A model generated the notes under the pieces. It saw only the letters and a list, made by a program, of their open reading frames with translations. It had not been told where the DNA came from and made no database searches. A stretch of 24,000 nt of DNA from Candidatus Nanopelagicales bacterium (GTDB taxonomy: Bacteria; Actinomycetota; Actinomycetes; S36-B12), in the NCBI GenBank assembly GCA_044240165.1, contig JBIIAA010000009.1, positions 222-24,221 of the forward strand. Reading direction: 5' to 3'. Shown here piece after piece: positions 1-7,294 of this stretch (positions within the stretch are counted from its first letter, which is position 1; each line of letters begins with the position of its first letter). The position numbers and the translations under genes are program-made.

Positions 1-191
1 CCCAAGCGCTGTAATTCAGCAACCGCTCGGGGAGTCAGACCGTCGCCGCAGGTTTTATCTCTAGGAAAGTGCTTGGCGTCAGCTAGGACCACATCAAGGC
101 CAAATCGTGCTGCCCAAGCCGCTGCTGCTGACCCGGCCGGACCAGCGCCAATAACCAAAACATCGGTTTCGATGGGCACAGTCAAGGACAC
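1..191 (-). CDS. FAD-dependent geranylgeranyl reductase family oxidoreductase (MenJ-like), N-terminal fragment; gene runs off the left edge
   Basis: Minus-strand translation from GTG at 191: VSLTVPIETDVLVIGAGPAGSAAAAWAARFGLDVVLADAKHFPRDKTCGDGLTPRAVAELQRLG. It has a GxGxxG FAD fold followed by the FPRDK-CGDGLTPRA motif typical of this family. It is absent from the ORF track because the edge truncates it. An alternative TTG start lies at 248. Confidence 0.7.
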   Translation of the reverse strand, partial: MSLTVPIETDVLVIGAGPAGSAAAAWAARFGLDVVLADAKHFPRDKTCGDGLTPRAVAELQRL

Positions 192-260
192 AAGGTTGAT
201 TCTCGCTTGCCACCTACGCGCGACCTCACTGCGGGGTAAACCAACCAAGGCGCAATCGAT

Positions 261-380
261 TTAGCGCTGGCAGGTGCACCATTCTTCAGGGGTAAACATC
301 GACTTCACCTGATCAATATGCTCGCCACAACCTTGCCAGGTGGCCTTACTGCACTTTGCGCATTTCACTGGGCTACACAT
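261..380 (-). CDS. 39-aa cysteine-rich mini-protein (6 Cys), function unknown
   Basis: The track ORF 261..464 contains an internal ATG at 380 preceded by a strong SD (GGAGGAAAC-ATG on the minus strand). Product: MCSPVKCAKCSKATWQGCGEHIDQVKSMFTPEEWCTCQR. The upstream part of the 67-aa ORF overlaps the predicted promoter and operator. Confidence 0.65.
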   Translation of the reverse strand: MCSPVKCAKCSKATWQGCGEHIDQVKSMFTPEEWCTCQR

Positions 381-408
381 GTTTCCTCCATGATGAATGT
401 TGGTAATT

Positions 409-438
409 AGCATACCCATGGGGGTATGCAACTGACAA
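409..438 (-). promoter_or_regulatory. Putative sigma-70-type promoter for the Cys-rich peptide gene
   Basis: Minus strand reads TTGTCA (438-433), an 18-nt spacer, then TATGCT (414-409). The SD and ATG follow about 20-30 nt downstream. Confidence 0.4.
410..429. promoter_or_regulatory. Perfect 8-4-8 inverted repeat GCATACCC-ATGG-GGGTATGC, CsoR/RicR-like operator candidate
   Basis: The palindrome is read directly from the sequence. The ATACCC-N4-GGGTAT form resembles known copper-repressor (CsoR family) operators. It sits in the promoter spacer and -10 region between two divergent genes. Confidence 0.45.
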
Positions 439-477
439 ATCTTAGACAGGGCGATCACCTGCACTTAGGGTGCCCTT

Positions 478-960
478 ATGACTATTGCTATCGGTGACAC
501 CATCCCTGACGTTGAACTTCTCACTATTCCAGAAGATCGCCCCACTCCTGTGTCTTCAAAAGACCTCCTGAGCAAGGGCCGAGTGGTCCTCTTTGCGGTT
601 CCGGGCGCATTCACACCTGGCTGCTCCAAGATGCATCTACCGGGCTTTGTAAATAAAGCTGCTGAGCTATCAGCCAAGGGCGTTGACGCCATTGTGTGCC
701 TCGGTGTCAACGATGCATTCGTGATGGATGCTTGGGGCAAGGCTCAAGGCGTAGGCGAGCAATTCGTCATGGCCGCCGACCCGCAGGGTGCGTTCACCAA
801 AGCTGTCGGCATGGACGTTGACGTTCCAGCCCTTGGCGGTTTGCGCTCAAAGCGCTACGCGATGGTGATTGAGAATGGCGTTGTCACGCAATTCTTGCCA
901 GAAGAAGACGGCTTCAACGTGCTTGCTTCAACCGCTGAGTGCGTGCTCGACACCCTCTGA
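478..960 (+). CDS. Peroxiredoxin, Prx5-like subfamily (AhpC/TSA fold)
   Basis: 160 aa. The FAVPGAFTPGCS peroxidatic-Cys motif and overall length match the Prx5 type. Confidence 0.9.
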   Translation: MTIAIGDTIPDVELLTIPEDRPTPVSSKDLLSKGRVVLFAVPGAFTPGCSKMHLPGFVNKAAELSAKGVDAIVCLGVNDAFVMDAWGKAQGVGEQFVMAADPQGAFTKAVGMDVDVPALGGLRSKRYAMVIENGVVTQFLPEEDGFNVLASTAECVLDTL

Positions 961-1022
961 TCTGACCGACGTATTACTGGTTCGACAAGCGCACTTCTTA
1001 CCGGTTGCTCTACCGTGCAGCT

Positions 1023-1661
1023 ATGCATCGGGGGAGCGCAGTAACTATCGGCCTCGCAAGTCTGCTCGTGACTTGCGGGGTCGTTGCTGTTTCACCTGCC
1101 CATGCATCCACCCAGAATGCGCAGACGCTACTGAACTCACTGCCAGTTTCACCCGAACATCAAAGTGGTTACGACCGCTCCTTGTTTAAACACTGGATCA
1201 CCCAAAACGGTTGCACCACTCGGCAAGACGTACTCATTCGAGATGCCATCTCCGGACGAACTTCAGGGTGCACCGTGGTTGATGGACGTTGGTATTCCGC
1301 ATATGACGGTGTCACCACTTCAAATGCCCGCACCTTTGACATTGATCATGAAGTTCCGTTGAAAGAAGCCTGGGATTCAGGTGCTTGGCGTTGGACTCCA
1401 GATAAGCGCAAAGCATTCGCAAACGATCTTGGTTATGCGAACTCGCTTATCGCAGTGTCTGCTTCGTCGAATCGCTCAAAAAGTGATCGAGATCCAGCCG
1501 AATGGATGCCACCAAATACTGCAGACACCTGCCGTTACGTCAAAGCTTGGATTGGTGTGAAATACCGCTGGAGATTGGCTGTGGACTCACTAGAAAAGTC
1601 TTCAATCCTGCGACTCTTGCGCGGATGTCCAACGCCGATGGAACTACCTGACCTTGCTTAA
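1023..1661 (+). CDS. Secreted DUF1524 / HNH-type nuclease (GmrSD C-terminal-like domain)
   Basis: Signal peptide MHRGSAVTIGLASLLVTCGVVAVSPAHA. Motifs FDIDHEVPLKEAW and NLIAVSASSNRSKSDRDPAEWMPP are typical of DUF1524. The track start at 1005 is a TTG; the ATG at 1023 is preferred but the choice is uncertain. Confidence 0.8.
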   Translation: MHRGSAVTIGLASLLVTCGVVAVSPAHASTQNAQTLLNSLPVSPEHQSGYDRSLFKHWITQNGCTTRQDVLIRDAISGRTSGCTVVDGRWYSAYDGVTTSNARTFDIDHEVPLKEAWDSGAWRWTPDKRKAFANDLGYANSLIAVSASSNRSKSDRDPAEWMPPNTADTCRYVKAWIGVKYRWRLAVDSLEKSSILRLLRGCPTPMELPDLA

Positions 1662-2347
1662 ACGATGACGCAAACACCAAGAATCAAATTTGGCACCTCA
1701 AGGAAGTCGACCACCAGCGCCAACTCTTCGTCATCAATACAGGTCACGAAATGTTGGGTGCCTTCAGTGTGAACAATCGGCCAGCGCCGCAGATCCCCAC
1801 CTAACCCAACGCCAACTGCCTTGGCCGCTGCTTCCTTGGCAACAACAGCGCTGAGCAAAGTGATGCGACCGGCCTCAAATAATTTGGTTTCGGTTTCGGT
1901 AAGTACCCGCTCAACAACCGGGGCTAGCCGATCTGCTTTTTCGACATCGACACCCACAGCATCAGCACTGGCTACCGCGGCAACGATGACTCCGGCCGTG
2001 TGAGCAAGGGAAATCACCGGCAACGGCAGCGAGCTCCCGTTGGTCCAAGCAACTCCTGGCGCACCTGCCTCGGAGCGCGTTATTTCAATCGTTTTCGCAT
2101 CGATCTTGGTGAGTTGCGTTTCCAGGATGTAGTCACTTACCGCCTCTTTCAGAGCGACTCGGCCAAGGAGCCATTCCATCTTGCGCGTGGTTTGAGCTTG
2201 CATGCCCAACCAGGCTTCTTGCTCTATCTCGGTGAGTGACTCTTTGACGAATTCGGCTGCGGCCTCTTCTGTGTATGCCTTCAACTCACTAACAAAAGTC
2301 ACATGGACGCGCGCCAGTGGCCCAACAACGAACGAGTAGGTGGCCAT
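1658..2347 (-). CDS. 4'-phosphopantetheinyl transferase, Sfp/PptT type
   Basis: 229 aa with EWLLGRVALKEAV, ISLAHTAG, GVDVEK and the KEAAAKAVG...W motifs of the PPTase superfamily. Confidence 0.75.
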   Translation of the reverse strand: MATYSFVVGPLARVHVTFVSELKAYTEEAAAEFVKESLTEIEQEAWLGMQAQTTRKMEWLLGRVALKEAVSDYILETQLTKIDAKTIEITRSEAGAPGVAWTNGSSLPLPVISLAHTAGVIVAAVASADAVGVDVEKADRLAPVVERVLTETETKLFEAGRITLLSAVVAKEAAAKAVGVGLGGDLRRWPIVHTEGTQHFVTCIDDEELALVVDFLEVPNLILGVCVIV

Positions 2348-2484
2348 TCACGAAACCCTACGTGGTTCTGGAATGCGCGTTGGCTAAATCCAAACAAACC
2401 TCAGAAAGTTAATTGCGATGACAAAGTCAACGTGCAGCCGGCCCGACCTCGGTATTGTGATTCACATTCAATCAAGGAGAAAAC

Positions 2485-3294
2485 ATGAAGGTTTGGTTCA
2501 TCACGGGCACTTCCCGAGGGTTCGGAAAAATCTGGACGCGAGCTGCCCTGGAGCGCGGCGACAAGGTCGCTGCAACTGCCCGCGATCTTGCACCCCTTGA
2601 TGATTTGGTTGCCAAGTTTGGCGATTCGATCCTGACCTTGAAGCTTGATGTCACTGATAAAGCGGCCGTCGAAAGTGCTATCAAGCAGGCTCATGCTCAC
2701 TTCGGCCAACTCGATGTCATCGTCAATAACGCCGGTTACGGGCATATGGGTTACTTCGAAGAACTCACTGAAGCCGAGATTCGTGCACAGTTTGAGACAA
2801 ATGTGTTCGGCCCTATCTGGGTCGCGCAGGCAGCGCTTCCAATTTTGCGAGCTCAAGGTTCTGGTCACATTATTGCGGTCAGCAGTTTGAGCGGCCTGAC
2901 TGCTTCCGGCGGCATGGGCCTGTACAGCGGATCCAAGTGGGCGCTTGAAGGAATGACTGAAGCCTTGTCGCAAGAAGTTCGTAAATTTGGAATCAAGGTC
3001 ACGCTTATCGAACCTGGGGGATACGCAACCGGATTTGGCACCGAAGGGCGACGCAACTCTGAAGTGCATCCTGCCTATGTTGAGTCACACGAAAAGCTCG
3101 CGCAACTCTTGGCTACCTCATCTGGATCTGACGCCGCTAACAGCGTTCAGGCATTGATGACTGTTGTTGACGCTGAAAAGCCGCCGTTGCGCCTGCTCCT
3201 AGGAAATCAAGCTGTTGATGTGTTGCACGCGTTCTACGAGCGCCGGATCAATGATTTCCGGACGTGGGAAGACGTGTCGCGGTCGGCCGACTAA
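2485..3294 (+). CDS. Short-chain dehydrogenase/reductase (classical SDR)
   Basis: N-terminal ITGTSRGFG cofactor motif, NNAG, and the catalytic Y-x3-K (YSGSKWALEG). SD AAGGAGA lies upstream of the ATG. Confidence 0.9.
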   Translation: MKVWFITGTSRGFGKIWTRAALERGDKVAATARDLAPLDDLVAKFGDSILTLKLDVTDKAAVESAIKQAHAHFGQLDVIVNNAGYGHMGYFEELTEAEIRAQFETNVFGPIWVAQAALPILRAQGSGHIIAVSSLSGLTASGGMGLYSGSKWALEGMTEALSQEVRKFGIKVTLIEPGGYATGFGTEGRRNSEVHPAYVESHEKLAQLLATSSGSDAANSVQALMTVVDAEKPPLRLLLGNQAVDVLHAFYERRINDFRTWEDVSRSAD

Positions 3295-3377
3295 GACAAA
3301 GTCGGGACTTTGGGCCCACGATCGCTGCGTCCACCGCAACTACCATTGGAGCCTTGCCTTAGAAAAGGAGTTTCAGG

Positions 3378-3869
3378 ATGCGTATACGCACAATCGCGAT
3401 GACGGCGGTCGCGGTCTCATCACTCGTTGGTTTTGCTGCGGCGCCTGCTTTTGCTGCGGCGCCGACGCCTGCAAAGTCCACTTGCGGTAGCAGCAACTAC
3501 GCCTGCCTCACCGTGAACCAAACCAGTGTGCCCGCCGGTCAAACGGTGATCTTTAAAGGCTCACTCAGCGCAGCAGCTTTGAAGAATCTTGCTTCCTGGA
3601 CAAAGGGCGACAACATCGTTTGCCTGACTCGCTACAAGGCGACTGCGGAATCCAACGGCTCTTGGCCGTGGACCACGCTTGATGGCGCTTGCGCACAAGT
3701 CAATAAGGCCGGCAAGTTCACGATCAACGCCGAACTCGGCAAAAAGGGTCCACATTATTTCGGCGCTGAAATGGGTCCATGCCAGGCCAGTGCTGATGAA
3801 TGCGGCAATAGTGACGGTGGTCTCGTTGGTCTTGACGGTAAATCCGCTGTCTACATGACCACGACATAG
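3378..3869 (+). CDS. Secreted hypothetical protein with 6 Cys
   Basis: SD AAAAGGAG upstream. Signal peptide MRIRTIAMTAVAVSSLVGFAAAPAFA. I recognise no family. Confidence 0.6.
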   Translation: MRIRTIAMTAVAVSSLVGFAAAPAFAAAPTPAKSTCGSSNYACLTVNQTSVPAGQTVIFKGSLSAAALKNLASWTKGDNIVCLTRYKATAESNGSWPWTTLDGACAQVNKAGKFTINAELGKKGPHYFGAEMGPCQASADECGNSDGGLVGLDGKSAVYMTTT

Positions 3870-3890
3870 GTCGCCTCGAACTTCCCCTAC

Positions 3891-3929
3891 GTGAGCCCTT
3901 TGTCATCGACGAGGGGCTCACATTTTGTT
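3891..3929 (+). terminator. Rho-independent terminator
   Basis: GTGAGCCC ... GGGCTCAC 8-bp stem followed by ATTTTGTT. Confidence 0.6.
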
Positions 3930-3934
3930 CATAG

Positions 3935-5134
3935 ATGCTCTTGCGCCATGCTGTTCCAATGGGTGGGCGGCTAGTCATTATGGGTTCGGGTGAAAATGCC
4001 CCGACGATGGTGAAGTTTCATCGCGCCTTAATGCAAGAGGTGGGCGAAGGCCCTAAGTACATGATCGATACGCCCTACGGTTTTCAAGTCAACGCTGACG
4101 ATTTGGGCGCGAAATACCAGCAATACTTTGACGAATCAGTCGGTACCAAAATCGAACTCGCGCAGTGGCGTCGCAAAGACGCATCTGTCGTCGAACATGA
4201 GCGCACCCTCTCGCAACTACAACAGGCTTCATGGGTGCTGGCAGGTCCGGGAAGTCCGTCATATGCATTGAATCAATGGTCCGACACCGCGATTCCCACA
4301 GCATTAGCCGACCTGGTTCGTCGCGGCGGAACCTTAGTAACCGGAAGCGCTGCGGCTGCAACGATCGGTACGCATGCAATTCCGGTGTATGAGATTTACA
4401 AAGTCGGTGAAGACCCCTACTGGTTAGCCGGACTCAATTTGCTTGGCGATCTGCTCGGTATCCGCGCTGCAGTTGTTCCGCATTTTGATAATCGCGAGGG
4501 CGGCCGTCACGACACCAGTTGTTGCTACATCGGTCTACATCGCCTTGAAATACTGGAAACGCAACTTCACGACGGTGCTGGAATTATTGGAGTCGACGAA
4601 CACACTGCTGTGTTGATTGAACTTGCCACCGGCAAAGTGTCTGTGCACGGAGCCGGTGGGCTGACCCTTCGCCAAAGTGGCAAGTCTGTATTTATTGCAA
4701 GTGGTGAGTCGACGACCATTGACGCGATGCGAGATGCCTTGCACAGCACCAACACTCTTGATATTTCGATTGCTACTGATGCGATGCAAAGTTCAGATCT
4801 GCTGGCAACTTTCAGGGTGGCCCTGCAGGCAGGTGACTCAGTTGCAGCACTCGCTGCAGCCCTAACAACTGAAGATGCAGTTTTCGCTACTGACGCTGCC
4901 GCACATCAGGAATTACGCACAATGTTGGTTGAGCTTGCTGATGCTGCACATAGTGGCCTGCAAGATCCCCGCACCATACTTTCACCGCTGGTTGATGTGG
5001 CTCTCAACGTTCGCAAGCTTGCTCGTGAAAACAAGGACTACGCGATGAGCGACCTCGTTCGCGACTCGCTTGCTGCCGCCGGCATTGAAGTGCGCGACAC
5101 CCCCGAGGGTGTGCAGTGGGATCTCGCCAAGTAA
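3935..5134 (+). CDS. Peptidase S51 / class-I GATase-like domain fused to a cysteinyl-tRNA synthetase C-terminal-like domain; function unknown
   Basis: The N-terminal ~250 aa have RLVIMGSGE, LAGPGSPSY, VTGSAAAATIG and IGVDEHTAVLI elements, reminiscent of the cyanophycinase/peptidase E fold. The C-terminus ends NVRKLARENKDYAMSDLVRDSLAAAGIEVRDTPEGVQWDL, close to the CysRS tail pattern R..AR..KD[WY]A..D.[IV]RD.L...GI...DTP.G..W. The start is uncertain, with in-frame ATGs at 3935, 3956 and 3980. Confidence 0.6.
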   Translation: MLLRHAVPMGGRLVIMGSGENAPTMVKFHRALMQEVGEGPKYMIDTPYGFQVNADDLGAKYQQYFDESVGTKIELAQWRRKDASVVEHERTLSQLQQASWVLAGPGSPSYALNQWSDTAIPTALADLVRRGGTLVTGSAAAATIGTHAIPVYEIYKVGEDPYWLAGLNLLGDLLGIRAAVVPHFDNREGGRHDTSCCYIGLHRLEILETQLHDGAGIIGVDEHTAVLIELATGKVSVHGAGGLTLRQSGKSVFIASGESTTIDAMRDALHSTNTLDISIATDAMQSSDLLATFRVALQAGDSVAALAAALTTEDAVFATDAAAHQELRTMLVELADAAHSGLQDPRTILSPLVDVALNVRKLARENKDYAMSDLVRDSLAAAGIEVRDTPEGVQWDLAK

Positions 5135-5165
5135 TTCGCGCACACTGATCAACGCAGTTCTTGAC

Positions 5166-7016
5166 CTAGCCCAGATGCATGTATTCCTTGATTCCGTTTG
5201 GCCGAGTGATATTCGACGATCCATTCGCATTAAGACTGTCCAATAACGCGATGTAAGCCAAATACTCAGCCTTTCCGCGAGCGACAGCCCCGCGAAAGCG
5301 CGCGGGCAGCGGTGCAGCCATCGCACCGCGGTTATAGCGTCCCATCAATAACTTCAACTGCTCTTGCGCTTTTGCTGTTTGTCCTTGCTGATTATCGAGT
5401 TCTAGTCGACCACGTGCAGTGCTGTAGTCGTATGACTCAACCTGCATCGTTGATAGATCAGCAACACCGGTTGTATTCCAGTTTGTGTAGCTAGCAACTT
5501 TGGTGTCTGCGGTTCGAATTCCAAGAATATGGCGTCGCGCATTGTTGTATACGTAGAAGGCCGGTACCCACTCATCTGATGCCATGATGACGTGATCACG
5601 CCCGCGAGCTGTATTCGACTTCAGCAATGGCAGCAAGTTCAATCGCTCTTGGTATACCTCTGCAAGATCACCCTTGAGCCATTCGCGATCTCCGTGTGCG
5701 ATCGTTGCCAACATCGGCACGATGTCGACACTCGAAGTAAGTTGAGATCGAACCTTGTTGGTGTCACCCGTGATTCGCTCACGTGGATCAACAACAATCA
5801 GGGGAACCTGCACAGCTTCTTGATACATGCTGCCGGCTTTATTCGACGCAAATCCGTGCGCGCCTGCGTAATCGCCGTGATCTGCTGTCATGACGATGAC
5901 GGTGTTGTCGCGAATACTTTCGGGAATCGAATTCACCACAGCACCAATGTGCTGATCAACGAGATTCAAAATTTGCGTGTAACTATCAAGACTGCGAGTC
6001 CAATAGCCAAAGGGTGCATTTGCAATCTTCGCCCCGGGAACACCTGGGTAGTCAGCAAGTGAATAGGCAGTTGTCACCGTTGGGTCGTCAGTAACGCCGC
6101 CCCACATCAAATCGGTGAAGGAACGAGAAAACACCTGCGCCCCCGGCTTATTTGCCGACAAGGTTGCTGCTGATTCCCAGTTGGCAGGCAAGGTGTACCC
6201 ATAGGCCTTCGGGGTATCAAGGGGAGGGGCTGCGTCATATGTCACGGCAGGTGTTGCGCCGGCTTGTTTAAACAAATTGTTGTAGGTCGTGGCTTCAGTT
6301 CCGCTCCAAAAGAATTCTTTGTCATGCGGATTCACAAAACCAACAGTTAAACAAAATGGTCGTTCATGCGGCTTGCGAGCTTCTAACCAAGTTGCCGCTT
6401 GTGCTGCAATATCGCCATCGCCATAGGTGCCTTGGCCATTGGTGCCAATTGGGTCTGGAATCGTCAGTCCTTCAAAGCCATACGCACTCAGATAAAACGG
6501 TGCAGCTGGGTCTGTTGAGGTTTCTGGCGCATTAGACAGGTGCCACTTGCCGACGTATGGCGTTGCATAGCCTGCTTCACGCATTAATTTTCCGTAGGTC
6601 GGAAATTCGCGCTGCAACGCAGGAGCATTCGGTCCTGCTGATCCAGGCTGATTTCCCTTGCGCGTTTGTAGGCACCAGTTTTGGTGCGGATACAAACCCG
6701 TCACCAAACTTGCTCGCGATGGGCTACACGCCGTGCCGGCGGTGTAGTGATTGGAGAATTTCACGCCTCGGGTCCACAGCTTTGCCAAGTTAGGCATGAA
6801 AGCTTTCAAGAATTCCTCTGGCGTATTGATGCCTGCCGGGAAGGTCTGCGGAAAGCGCATTTCGTCGACCGTAATCATCACAACGTTGGGCGCACCAGCT
6901 CTGGCGCGCGATCCTGCTTGAACTGCCTGCGCAGTCTCGGTCTGGGAAACGAGCGCAGCACCAGCGGCTACAGCCGCACCAGTTGCCATGAATGATCGGC
7001 GGGAGAGTTGAGTCAT
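5166..7016 (-). CDS. Tat-exported formylglycine-type sulfatase
   Basis: Twin-arginine signal MTQLSRRSFMATGAAVAAGAALV...AQA. Sulfatase signature CSPSRASLVTG and GYATPYVGKWHL. The track start at 7085 (GTG) would overlap the tRNA-Leu terminator, so the ATG at 7016 is preferred. Confidence 0.85.
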   Translation of the reverse strand: MTQLSRRSFMATGAAVAAGAALVSQTETAQAVQAGSRARAGAPNVVMITVDEMRFPQTFPAGINTPEEFLKAFMPNLAKLWTRGVKFSNHYTAGTACSPSRASLVTGLYPHQNWCLQTRKGNQPGSAGPNAPALQREFPTYGKLMREAGYATPYVGKWHLSNAPETSTDPAAPFYLSAYGFEGLTIPDPIGTNGQGTYGDGDIAAQAATWLEARKPHERPFCLTVGFVNPHDKEFFWSGTEATTYNNLFKQAGATPAVTYDAAPPLDTPKAYGYTLPANWESAATLSANKPGAQVFSRSFTDLMWGGVTDDPTVTTAYSLADYPGVPGAKIANAPFGYWTRSLDSYTQILNLVDQHIGAVVNSIPESIRDNTVIVMTADHGDYAGAHGFASNKAGSMYQEAVQVPLIVVDPRERITGDTNKVRSQLTSSVDIVPMLATIAHGDREWLKGDLAEVYQERLNLLPLLKSNTARGRDHVIMASDEWVPAFYVYNNARRHILGIRTADTKVASYTNWNTTGVADLSTMQVESYDYSTARGRLELDNQQGQTAKAQEQLKLLMGRYNRGAMAAPLPARFRGAVARGKAEYLAYIALLDSLNANGSSNITRPNGIKEYMHLG

Positions 7017-7070
7017 AGATGCATCTTGTCGTGGAATTGAACCCCCCTTTACCAGGACAAAACGGCCGAT

Positions 7071-7097
7071 GAAAAATCCCCCCACTTTCGTGAGGGG
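7071..7097 (-). terminator. Rho-independent terminator downstream of tRNA-Leu
   Basis: Minus strand reads CCCCTCAC-GAAA-GTGGGGGG (one G-U pair) followed by ATTTTTC. Confidence 0.6.
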
Positions 7098-7100
7098 ATC

Positions 7101-7186
7101 TGGTGCGCGAGAGGGGATTTGAACCCCTACACCCTTTCGGATACAGCGACCTGAACGCTGCGCGTCTGCCGTTCCGCCACTCGCGC
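7101..7186 (-). tRNA. leuT: tRNA-Leu(CAG), long variable arm, CCA encoded
   Basis: Folded by hand: acceptor GCGCGAG/CTCGCGC, anticodon stem CAGCG/CGCTG with loop TTCAGGT, T-arm GGGG-TTCAAAT-CCCC, 3' ACCA. Confidence 0.95.
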
Positions 7187-7294
7187 ATTACTTATGAGGC
7201 ATACAGAGCCTACAGGCATATATATGGAGGTACGCTCCCTTATCTCGACCGATGAATATCCCCTTGTTTACGTCCAATTCCCGCGAGGAGTCCT

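Noticed and set aside
2456-2466. Palindrome TGTGATTCACA upstream of the SDR gene, reminiscent of CRP half sites
   Set aside because: CRP/GlxR sites have a 6-nt spacer (TGTGA-N6-TCACA) and this one has 1 nt. It may be a small operator, but I cannot tie it to a known family.
2401-3069. 222-aa minus-strand ORF
   Set aside because: It is antisense to the SDR gene, which has a clear cofactor motif and catalytic motifs. There is no RBS and the composition is odd.
5166-7085. Longer 639-aa version of the sulfatase starting at GTG 7085
   Set aside because: The extra 23 codons would run through the tRNA-Leu terminator hairpin. The ATG at 7016 gives a canonical Tat signal peptide right at the N-terminus.
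7219-7228. CATATATATG palindrome between tRNA-Leu and the SRPBCC gene
   Set aside because: It is a short AT-only palindrome in a promoter-rich divergent spacer, more likely -10-like sequence than a specific operator.
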